From the NCBI GenBank assembly GCA_017459605.1, contig JAFUCQ010000117.1:1-38847 (forward strand): 38,847 nt of DNA, given 5' to 3'. The notes beneath the pieces were generated by a model that was not told the DNA's origin, made no database searches, and saw only the letters and a program-made list of their open reading frames with translations. The first letter of the stretch is position 1. Each line of letters begins with the position of its first letter. Positions 1 through 7,914 of this stretch are shown here, piece by piece. The position numbers and the translations under genes are program-made. Origin of the DNA: Atopobiaceae bacterium. Its GTDB lineage: Bacteria > Actinomycetota > Coriobacteriia > Coriobacteriales > Atopobiaceae.

Positions 1-785
1 CCTACACCGAAGAAGCCACCAAGCTTTTCTTTGGTGATAACGACAACTTACTACCTCAAGCAAGCGTGACAGATGCACTTGCCCTCGTGGCTGATGGAAC
101 GGCTGCGTATGCTGTTGTACCACAGGAAAACACGCTCGGCGGGCCTGTGACAGACTACATTGATGCCTTTCTTGCAGCTCATGATGTGAGTGTGGTGGGT
201 GAGGTGGTACTTCCCATTCGACAAACACTTATGGGACTTCCCGGAACTGAACTCTCGCAGGTAACGCGGGTGCTTTCCCACAAACAGGGTCTGGCACAGA
301 GTGCTGAGTGGCTTGATAAAAACCTACCAGGGGCACAGCGTGTTGAGACAGCAAGTACAGCTGCTGCAGCTCAAGAGGTGGCAGAAGGTCACGACAACAC
401 GGCTGTTGCCATTGCAGCGCCAGGGGCAGCAAATCTGTATGAGCTCGAGGTGCTGCAGGACAACGTCTCACAATCCGAGGCAAACAAAACGCGTTTTTAC
501 GTCGTGTCTCAACACGCAAACGAGCTATCGGGCTATGAATTGGCTGTGTGCGCTGCGAGCATTGGAGCAGAAGAGTTACCAGAACTGTTGGCGTCGCTCT
601 GCCAAGGTGGAACGCACCTTGTCTGTGTGCATGATCGGCCAGATGGTTCGGCTCTTGGCGTGTATCGCTATGTTATTGAGCTCGAACATGAAGGTGGTTT
701 CTCGGAAGAGGAGATTGATCGCCTCAAAGACAGCGAACATCTCGATTACCTTGGCCGCTACAATCGAGTGGTCGCTGCTTACTGA
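1..785 (+). CDS. pheA: Prephenate dehydratase, 5'-truncated at the window edge (PDT domain plus C-terminal ACT domain)
   Basis: The reading frame is open from nt 3 with no stop (YTEEATKLFFGDN...) and runs into ORF 66..785. The PDT-like sequence (AYAVVPQENTLGGPV..., TRFYVV) is followed by an ACT-like C-terminus. The gene starts upstream of the window. Confidence 0.75.
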   Translation, partial: YTEEATKLFFGDNDNLLPQASVTDALALVADGTAAYAVVPQENTLGGPVTDYIDAFLAAHDVSVVGEVVLPIRQTLMGLPGTELSQVTRVLSHKQGLAQSAEWLDKNLPGAQRVETASTAAAAQEVAEGHDNTAVAIAAPGAANLYELEVLQDNVSQSEANKTRFYVVSQHANELSGYELAVCAASIGAEELPELLASLCQGGTHLVCVHDRPDGSALGVYRYVIELEHEGGFSEEEIDRLKDSEHLDYLGRYNRVVAAY

Positions 786-850
786 GCTCTGCCATGACGG
801 GAGGCGTGGCTCGCGTGGTTAAGGCAAATGCACAGGTCACCGAGCTTCTT

Positions 851-1017
851 TGAGTTTCTCGACAATCTCTCTGAGCTGACTGGTTGGTTTGTAGGCTGGT
901 AGAAGCGAAACGAGAGTCATGTTCATCACCTCGTCCCGCATTGTAGGGAGGCAAGTGCCCCGAGAGTGACCTGTACGCCCGATGCCTGCCTCGCCCCGCA
1001 TTGTAGGGAGGCAAGCT
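851..1017. repeat. Non-coding element A of about 105 bp (851-956) plus a second copy of its 3' box (993-1017); related to element B at 2610-2715
   Basis: About 80% identity to 2610-2715 over roughly 105 bp. The box GCATTGTAGGGAGGCAAG occurs at 935-952 and 996-1013. Small ORFs across the two copies are frame-shifted relative to each other, so the element is probably not coding. Confidence 0.5.
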
Positions 1018-1130
1018 AAAGGGATGCTAAACCTCGCTCTCGAAGCTTACGTGAGCGCAGGGGAGGCGCGACTCCGTTGCAGGTGCTATGCCTCGCTGTG
1101 ACGAGGGACGTGATTTGATACTATTCCTGT

Positions 1131-2417
1131 ATGGAAAACAAGACTTCACAAGCTGAATTACTTGCACCAGCGGGAGGGTGGTCGCAGCTCAAGGCGGCTA
1201 TTCGCTATGGTGCCGATGCGGTCTATCTCGCATGCGACCGCTTTGGTATGAGGGCAAATGCCGAGAATTTCTCCCTCGATGACATGCCTGACGTTGTGTC
1301 GTTTGCTCATAGCTTAGGTGCACATGTGTATGTAACCCTGAATACGCTCATGGGCAATGACGACATCGCTGAGCTGCCCGCGTACCTCGAAGCCCTTGAT
1401 GCGGCGGGGGCCGACGCGTTTATTGTGAGTGACATGGGTGCGTTTTCTTTGGCAAAGCGCCATGCCCCGCATGTCAATCTGCATATCAGCACGCAGGCAA
1501 GCGTTATGAATGCTGAAGCAGCACGTATGTGGCACGATTTGGGTGCTACGCGCATTGTCTGTGCCCGCGAAATGAGCATTTACGACATTGCTACCTTGCG
1601 AGAAAACACCCCCTCTGACCTTGGGATTGAGGCATTTGTGCACGGAGCTATGTGCGTGGCGTATTCGGGTCGCTGTTTACTCAGCTCGGCTATGACTGGT
1701 CGCAGGGCAAACCAAGGTCTGTGTACCCAGTCGTGCCGTTGGAACTATGCGTTGGTTGAAGAGACAAGACCGGGTCAATACTTCGATATTGAAGAAGACA
1801 CGCGCGGCTCGTACATCCTGAATGCCCAAGACCTCAACATGGTCTCTCACCTCGATGAACTTGCGGCAGCTGGTGTGAGTTCATTCAAGATTGAAGGTCG
1901 CAACAAAAAGGCATTCTACGTGGCAACGGTTGTTGGGGCATATCGGAGTGTTCTTGACGGAGGGTCGCCCGAGGTGGCTGAGGCCGAGCTTCTCACTATC
2001 TCTCATCGTCCCTATAGTACGGGCTTTTATTATGGACCAGCCAACCAAACGCCTGATGACAGTGGATATGAGTTTGAATGTGTGCATGTGGCAACGGTCG
2101 AGGCATGCGAGCCCGCGTCGGATGGCACATTCAAAGTGACCGTGCTTTGTCATAATCGCTTTGAATCCACCGATGTTCTTGGTGTTGTGAGCCCGCACAT
2201 GGAGTCGTTTGAGCTGCGGCTTACGAGTCCCCTAAGGTGGCTTGTTCCGCTGGATGAGGGCAAACTCTTTGCAGACAGAGACCCGCTGACGTATGAGCAG
2301 CTCCGTGCCCAAGCTACCGAGACACCCGTCGATGTTGCCAACCGCTCTCGGGAGCACTACAGCTTTATATGCGACGTGCCAGTGAAACCGGGTGATTACC
2401 TGCGCAAACGTGTGTAA
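1131..2417 (+). CDS. Peptidase U32 family protein (collagenase-like; the family also includes the RNA hydroxylases RlhA/TrhP)
   Basis: The N-terminus LLAPAGGWSQLKAAIRYGADAVYLA is typical of U32. Cys cluster MCVAYSGRC...GLCTQSCRW. Length 428 aa. ATG follows a plausible spacing after tattcctgt. Confidence 0.8.
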   Translation: MENKTSQAELLAPAGGWSQLKAAIRYGADAVYLACDRFGMRANAENFSLDDMPDVVSFAHSLGAHVYVTLNTLMGNDDIAELPAYLEALDAAGADAFIVSDMGAFSLAKRHAPHVNLHISTQASVMNAEAARMWHDLGATRIVCAREMSIYDIATLRENTPSDLGIEAFVHGAMCVAYSGRCLLSSAMTGRRANQGLCTQSCRWNYALVEETRPGQYFDIEEDTRGSYILNAQDLNMVSHLDELAAAGVSSFKIEGRNKKAFYVATVVGAYRSVLDGGSPEVAEAELLTISHRPYSTGFYYGPANQTPDDSGYEFECVHVATVEACEPASDGTFKVTVLCHNRFESTDVLGVVSPHMESFELRLTSPLRWLVPLDEGKLFADRDPLTYEQLRAQATETPVDVANRSREHYSFICDVPVKPGDYLRKRV

Positions 2418-2609
2418 GAATGCTTTACGGATTTGGACAGATGCCTATCTTCTCACGTTTGGACACAGTGCCACTCAAAGGATGAGGAATCTTGGTTATG
2501 ACGTAGAAGAGCCGTAGAAGAGACGTGGAAGAAGTCATCAATCAGGCTCATGTTCTTAATCAAGAAACGCACCAAGCAGAGAAAATAACGGTGACTATGG
2601 TGTGTGCCA

Positions 2610-2715
2610 TGAGTTTGTCGACAATCTGTTTGAGCTAACTGGCTGGTTGTAGGTTGGTACGAGTGGAACGACAGTCATGTTCATAGGCTTGTCTCTGCAT
2701 TATTGAGAGGCAAGC
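2610..2715. repeat. Non-coding element B, homologous to element A at 851-956
   Basis: Aligns with 851-956 (tgagtttgtcgacaatctgtttgagctaactggctggtt...agtcatgttcat...gcattattgagaggcaag). Lies in a roughly 1-kb gene-free gap. Confidence 0.5.
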
Positions 2716-3036
2716 CAGAGGCGCTCTAAGTATGGATGACGGCTTTGGGCATCATGCCTTGCCCGAATGGCTCGCTGCGAATCGCGGATGACAGCTCTGG
2801 ATGTCATGCTCCTCGTTTACTGTACGAACTTCTCGTACATAAAAATTTGAAGCTTATAAAACCTGCAGGTAAAAGCCCTATGCGATATTACTCGTTAAGA
2901 AACTGAGCGAAATGTTCGTACAGTAGATGAAACGGAGGTTGAAAACGAGGGAAGTCTTCGTATGGCGGGCGAGTTGCCATAGGGATGCATAGTGCAAAAG
3001 CGAGTAGAGACGCACAACAGGTGATGTCGCAAGGTC

Positions 3037-3138
3037 CAAGACGTGCGCCGCTCAATACGCGTGCCGCTCGAGACGCCTGCACCCCTCAAGACGTGCGCCG
3101 CTCGAGACACCTGCACCGCTCGAGACACCTGCACCCTC
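3037..3138. repeat. Imperfect tandem repeat, 2 units of about 50 bp (caagacgtgcgccgctc...gagacacctgcaccc)
   Basis: Direct inspection. The units start at 3037 and 3087 and contain internal 18-bp sub-repeats gctcgagacacctgcacc. Confidence 0.7.
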
Positions 3139-3384
3139 CAAATAGTTGTAAATAATCGATAGACGGTATCGTTTTCAGGTGAAATGTAATAGACTCTCAT
3201 TCGGCTTTCAGCGAGGCACAGGACGAGGGGAGTCGCAGTCTCGCGTTGATGCGAGCCACTCGAAGCGATAAGGGGATGTGAACAGCACAAAAAACTGTAT
3301 CAATTTACAGGTGTTAGCTTTACATCCAGACTGTCAGTATGACAGTTACAGGTGCTGGAGAAGTTCCAGCAGAACGGAGTAAGA

Positions 3385-4506
3385 ATGAAGAGAAACAAAG
3401 TAGGGGTTATCCTCGGTTTGGTGCTTGCACTTTTGTTGGCAGTAGCTTGCACGCCACAAAACAGCACAACAGCAGAGTCGTCGTCTTCAGCGGCAACTGA
3501 AGCATCAGCTTCCGCCGAGCAGTCTACAACCGAGCAGTCGGCTGCAGAGAAGTCTGCGGCGTCATCCGAAAAGTCCACAGCCGAGGCTTCTGCAAGTGAG
3601 GCATCCACCAGTGAATCATCGAGCTCGGCTGCTGCCGGTAAGGTTCGCTTGATGGCCCTCAATGGTCCAACTGGCATTGGCATGGCAAAACTCACCGAAA
3701 ACGATGCCTATGATGTTCGCTTTGCAGGAGCAGCTGATGAGGTAGTAAGTGCCGTGAGTTCAGGCTCTGTTGATATTGCGGCGGTTCCGTCCAACTTGGC
3801 GTCGACCCTCTACAACAAAACACAGGGTGGCGTGCAGATGATTGCGGTTAATACCTACGGCAGCTTGTATCTGCTCGAGCGTGGCGAGACGGTCTCGTCT
3901 CTTGCAGACTTGAGCAACAAGCATGTCTATGCAACGGGAGCAGGCGCAAATCCCCAGTACATCTTTGAGTACCTGCTTACACAGGCAGGAATCGATCTTA
4001 CCTCGGGAGTCGAAATCGAGTATCTACCCGAGCACTCCGAGCTTGCAGCACTTGTAGCGTCGGGCGAGGCTGAGCTTGCCTTGCTTCCCGAGCCGTTTGT
4101 GTCTGTTGCCAAGGCTAAGGCTGGCGAGGACGTGCGTGTGGCGCTCAACATGGGAGAGGTGTGGAACAGCACCACAGGAAGCGAGCTTGCCATGGGCTGT
4201 GTCATCGTGCGTACAGACTTTGCTGCCGAGAATAGCGAGGCGGTGGAGCAGTTCCTTTCCGACCTAGCTGCATCGGTTGAGTACACCTCACAAGATGTTG
4301 CCGGAGCAGCTCAGCTCTGTGCTGATTTGGGAATCTTGCCCAACGCTCAGGTGGCAGCTGCTGCGATTCCGCAGTGCTCACTGGTGTGTGTGACCGGCGC
4401 AGATGCCCGTAGTGCTGTCGAGAATTACTTGGGTGTTCTTCTCGAGTCTAATCCTAAGTCAGTTGGTGGAGCTCTTCCGCAAGATGATTTCTACTATCAG
4501 AAGTAG
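3385..4506 (+). CDS. ABC transporter substrate-binding lipoprotein (NitT/TauT / NMT1-SsuA-like family)
   Basis: ATG at 3385 is preceded by GGAG. Signal peptide with lipobox LLAVAC. A Ser/Ala/Glu-rich low-complexity linker, then a periplasmic-binding-protein fold sequence (ALNGPTGIGMAKL...). The long ORF from GTG 3352 probably over-extends. Confidence 0.7.
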   Translation: MKRNKVGVILGLVLALLLAVACTPQNSTTAESSSSAATEASASAEQSTTEQSAAEKSAASSEKSTAEASASEASTSESSSSAAAGKVRLMALNGPTGIGMAKLTENDAYDVRFAGAADEVVSAVSSGSVDIAAVPSNLASTLYNKTQGGVQMIAVNTYGSLYLLERGETVSSLADLSNKHVYATGAGANPQYIFEYLLTQAGIDLTSGVEIEYLPEHSELAALVASGEAELALLPEPFVSVAKAKAGEDVRVALNMGEVWNSTTGSELAMGCVIVRTDFAAENSEAVEQFLSDLAASVEYTSQDVAGAAQLCADLGILPNAQVAAAAIPQCSLVCVTGADARSAVENYLGVLLESNPKSVGGALPQDDFYYQK

Positions 4507-4595
4507 GGCAGACATGCGGTGTGAAAGCGGCACGTAGCAACAAGGTGATGTATGTGAAATAAACTGCTGGTGATGCGTGAAATTCAGAGTGAGAA

Positions 4596-4630
4596 ACGGC
4601 GGCCATACGTGGTCGCCGTTATCTGTATCA
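4596..4630 (+). terminator. Hairpin downstream of the SBP gene (aacggcggcc..ggtcgccgtt), followed by a T-containing tract
   Basis: A 10-bp near-perfect inverted repeat about 90 nt after the stop at 4506. Confidence 0.4.
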
Positions 4631-4732
4631 AGTGAGGAAGCTTTGATAATTGCACTTGTAACCACACTATTACCTTTGTAAAATGCAGCTAAGACCTGCA
4701 AATAACAAATGTAATAGTGAGGGGATAAACCA

Positions 4733-6055
4733 ATGGAGCGAATGATCTACAAACAACTTGACCGCTGGAAAACCGATGCAAATAGAAAACCTCTTCTGAT
4801 GTTTGGAGCTCGTCAGGTGGGCAAAACGTGGGCAATGACTGAGTATGGCTCGCGAAATTACGCTCGAGTGATTCGGTATGATCTTGCCTCTGATTCGGCA
4901 GCACGCAGATTGTTTGAAAAAGACCTCAATGCCCGTCGGATAATCAACGACATAGAACTGCGTGAGGGGAGCCGTATTAATCCAGAAGAGACACTCATAA
5001 TCTTTGATGAGGTGCAGGAAGAACCAAGGGCGATTACTGCTTTGAAATACTTTTGTGAGGAAGCACGAGAATACAACGTTATGGCAGCAGGGTCGTATTT
5101 GGGTATTACTCATCACGAGGGGTCGTCCTTTCCTGTTGGAAAGGTCAACACGATGACACTGCGACCCATGTCTTTTGGGGAGTTTCTTCGTGCGTTGGGA
5201 GACGAGCTGCTTGCTGACGAAATAGAGGCAGGAAACCTCAGCTACATACAGGGTATAGCTGTTGAGCAATGTGTTGAGCGTTTGCGAGAATACTTCGTGG
5301 TAGGAGGAATGCCCGAAGCTGTGGCTGCGTTTGTCTCATCGAACGATTATGGTCAAGTGAGAAACATACAGCGAGCAATTCTTTCTGCCTATGATGGAGA
5401 TTTTAGTAAACATGCACCATTGCGTATTCTTGAGCGTATGAGGCTGGTTTGGAACTCGATTCCCTCTCAACTTGCACGAGAAAACCGAAAGTTTGTTTTT
5501 GGGGCTACGCGACCAGGAGCGCGGGCAAAAGATTTCGAAGAGAGTATCCAATGGCTTCGTGACTACGGAGTAATTAACAAGATTGCTCGTGCAAATGTTC
5601 TTCGAGCACCGCTCAAGGCGTACGAAGATTTGAAAACGTTTAAACTTTTCGCCCTCGATGTTGGTTTGCTATCGGCTATGAGTGAGCTTGAACCACAGAT
5701 TGTTTTACAGCAATCAGCAGTGTTTACTGAGTTCAAAGGTGCCCTGACAGAGCAATACGTTATGCAGGAATTGATAGCAGCAGGATACAATCCAATGTAT
5801 TGGTCGAGTTCCCGTTCAACTGCTGAAGTTGATGTTGCTGTTACATGCGGTACGCGAGTTGTTCCCATAGAAGTTAAAGCCTCGGAGAATTTACGCTCAA
5901 AAAGCCTGAGGGTCGCTTGCGAGAAGTTTAATCTGGATTTTGCTGTGCGGACATCGTTATCTGACTATCGTGATGATGGTTGGCTTGTCAACATCCCGTT
6001 ATGGGGAATAAGCCAGCTATCTCGTGTGTTGGAGCACAAAGCATCTCAAGTTTAG
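4733..6055 (+). CDS. Solitary AAA+ ATPase with a C-terminal DUF4143-like domain (COG1373-type) carrying a D..ExK nuclease-like motif
   Basis: Walker A GARQVGKTW, Walker B IIFDEVQ. C-terminal AEVDVAV...PIEVKAS. RBS GAGGGGA precedes the ATG. By eye the local GC (about 45-48%) is clearly below that of the flanking genes. Confidence 0.8.
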   Translation: MERMIYKQLDRWKTDANRKPLLMFGARQVGKTWAMTEYGSRNYARVIRYDLASDSAARRLFEKDLNARRIINDIELREGSRINPEETLIIFDEVQEEPRAITALKYFCEEAREYNVMAAGSYLGITHHEGSSFPVGKVNTMTLRPMSFGEFLRALGDELLADEIEAGNLSYIQGIAVEQCVERLREYFVVGGMPEAVAAFVSSNDYGQVRNIQRAILSAYDGDFSKHAPLRILERMRLVWNSIPSQLARENRKFVFGATRPGARAKDFEESIQWLRDYGVINKIARANVLRAPLKAYEDLKTFKLFALDVGLLSAMSELEPQIVLQQSAVFTEFKGALTEQYVMQELIAAGYNPMYWSSSRSTAEVDVAVTCGTRVVPIEVKASENLRSKSLRVACEKFNLDFAVRTSLSDYRDDGWLVNIPLWGISQLSRVLEHKASQV

Positions 6056-6401
6056 GGATCCTACGATGGGTATCGACGGACATTGGCATCGAGTGGCCCT
6101 GCTCTCTTGAGCGAAGTTATAAAACAAAACCGAAGTTATAAAAGGTTATAAAACAACGGGCATTGGTATTTGAATACATTTCTTGAAGCTCTTTCGGGAA
6201 ATAGCAGCAATCTAAGCGCATCACAACTTGTGTCAAAACTACCCTAAAATCACTATACTTTTGCCACGATTTACTACGAAATGAAAAGTAAAGGCAGGCA
6301 AGAGTTACAGCATGTGAATTGCCTGAATAACTTGTGCTATTTGAGCGGTCTCACAAACTTGCCGATAGTAACGAGGTGAGTTAGCTCACGGGAGAAACTA
6401 C

Positions 6402-7187
6402 ATGACGCTGTTTGGAAGTGACAATCAACAACCCAAAAGCTTTCCTCCGGGAGTTGGTGTAGCTCTGTTCTTACTGCTGGCTGTGGCATTATGGCAGCTG
6501 GTGGCTATGGCGATAGGGGCGAGCTATATTGTTCCGACTCCTGTACAGGTGCTCATGCGAGCCCTTGAGCTTGTTGTTGCTCCCAGCTTCTGGATGACGG
6601 TGGCTTGGTCGCTTCTACGCGTACTTGCTGGCTTTGCCTGCGGCATGTTCGTGGGAACGGGACTCGCCATACCAATGGCGGAATCTTCTCGGCTGCGTTC
6701 GATTTTCTCCCCCTTTATCAAGGTAATCCGAACGGTACCTGTGGTGTGCTTCATTCTCCTCTTGCTTTTATGGGTACGCGCAGATTGGTTGCCTGCGCTT
6801 GTCTCGGCACTCATGGTAGTTCCTGTTGCATGGACTGGCACCGTTGAGGCACTCGATGCGCTTGACCAGGACATGATTGAACTTGCCCATGTGTTTCAAC
6901 TCTCAACGTCAAAACGCCTATTCAAGCTCTATCTTCCAGCTATTGCTCCTCAGCTTTTGTCGACAGCGGCGGTGGGTCTTGGACTAGCATGGAAATCGGC
7001 CATTACGGCCGAGGCACTTGCGTTGCCGCTGAAAGGTATGGGGACCGACATCTACCACGCAAAAATTGCACTTGAGGCTACCGACATCTTTGTCTGGGCT
7101 CTCGTGATCGTGGCTATCAGCCTGCTCATGGAGACAGCCATTCGCGCGTGGTCGAGGCACTTCTCGGAATGGGGGTCTGCTTCATGA
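6402..7187 (+). CDS. ABC transporter permease (NitT/TauT family, binding-protein-dependent inner-membrane component)
   Basis: Multiple hydrophobic TM segments and an EAA-like region (TAEALALPLKGMG). RBS GGGAGA precedes the ATG. Confidence 0.8.
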   Translation: MTLFGSDNQQPKSFPPGVGVALFLLLAVALWQLVAMAIGASYIVPTPVQVLMRALELVVAPSFWMTVAWSLLRVLAGFACGMFVGTGLAIPMAESSRLRSIFSPFIKVIRTVPVVCFILLLLLWVRADWLPALVSALMVVPVAWTGTVEALDALDQDMIELAHVFQLSTSKRLFKLYLPAIAPQLLSTAAVGLGLAWKSAITAEALALPLKGMGTDIYHAKIALEATDIFVWALVIVAISLLMETAIRAWSRHFSEWGSAS

Positions 7188-7218
7188 GCTGGTGGACTGC
7201 AAGAGGGGAGCTGGCTCG

Positions 7219-7776
7219 ATGAGACTTTCAAACATCAGCAAATCATTTGGCTCTCTTGAGGTGCTGCGAGACTTCTCAGTCGAGCTTCCAACGAGCGGCT
7301 TTGTGGGAATCTCTGGCCCGTCAGGCCGCGGAAAGACCACTCTCATTCGCATTATCGCTGGGCTTGAGAGGCCAGATGCAGGTACGATTGAAGGGTGCCC
7401 CGGCCGTATTTCCATGCAGTTTGAAGAAGATCGACTCCTGCCGTGGCTCGATGTGTGTGCAAACCTCACCTTGGTAGGTGCGACCGAGGCTGATGCTCGC
7501 GTGGTGCTGGCTGAGCTTGGGTTGGAAGACAAGTTGCACGCTCGCGTTTCAGGTTTGTCGGGAGGGCAGCGAAGGCGCGTTGCCTTGGCGCGGTCGCTTT
7601 TGTTCCCGGCCCAATTGTATCTGCTCGATGAGCCAACCGCCCGTCTGGATGAAGCGAGCGCACAGCAGGTAATTGACCTTATCTGGCAGAGGTGCTCAGC
7701 TGCCGAGAAGCTCGTGGTCATCTCGAGTCATGACTCACTTGTGCTCGAACGTTGCAACACCGTGATTGAGTTGTAG
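7219..7776 (+). CDS. ABC transporter ATP-binding protein (short NBD, 186 aa)
   Basis: Walker A GPSGRGKTT, signature LSGGQRRRVALAR, Walker B LYLLDEPTARLD, H-loop SSHD. ATG 7219 with RBS GAGGGGAG is preferred over the upstream GTG 7192. Confidence 0.8.
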   Translation: MRLSNISKSFGSLEVLRDFSVELPTSGFVGISGPSGRGKTTLIRIIAGLERPDAGTIEGCPGRISMQFEEDRLLPWLDVCANLTLVGATEADARVVLAELGLEDKLHARVSGLSGGQRRRVALARSLLFPAQLYLLDEPTARLDEASAQQVIDLIWQRCSAAEKLVVISSHDSLVLERCNTVIEL

Positions 7777-7794
7777 CCTGACCTGTGTCAGCTA

Positions 7795-7914
7795 GAATTG
7801 AGTAGCCCTCGAGGGGGGCTCAATTTCCGGTTTTGCCGATGTCTGCCGACAAAACCGCAGATAAATTTTTCTCCCTTGAAAATTGAGCAGCCCTCGAGGG
7901 GGGGCTCAATTTCC
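7795..7914. terminator. Three hairpins between convergent genes: two copies of a REP-like palindrome (aattgagYagccctcgaggggggctcaatttcc) flanking a perfect 8-bp-stem hairpin (cggttttg...caaaaccg)
   Basis: Direct inspection. The third hairpin overlaps the metG stop and, on the minus strand, is followed by a U-rich tract (ttttcaagggagaaaaattt). This is consistent with bidirectional intrinsic termination. Confidence 0.55.

Noticed and set aside
724-1014. A 96-aa minus-strand ORF over element A (repeated LPPYNAGRG)
   Set aside because: The repeated peptide arises purely from the duplicated GCATTGTAGGGAGGCAAG box. It overlaps the pheA 3' end and has no start signal.
3037-3138. A CRISPR array interpretation of the tandem repeats here and at 13694, 16583, 34020 and 36153
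   Set aside because: The units are contiguous with no unique spacers of regular length. Units are imperfect and of varied sizes. No cas genes are in the window.
3140-3384. A TPP/thiamine riboswitch upstream of the NMT1-like SBP
   Set aside because: The conserved CUGAGA / ACCUGAUCUGGAUAAUGCCAGCGAAGGGA elements are not recognisable by eye. This is left as untested rather than claimed.
3300-3695. A 131-aa minus-strand ORF overlapping the SBP gene start, and minus-strand ORFs 2888..3290 across the tandem repeat
   Set aside because: They overlap a well-supported lipoprotein gene or are built from repeat units, with no RBS.
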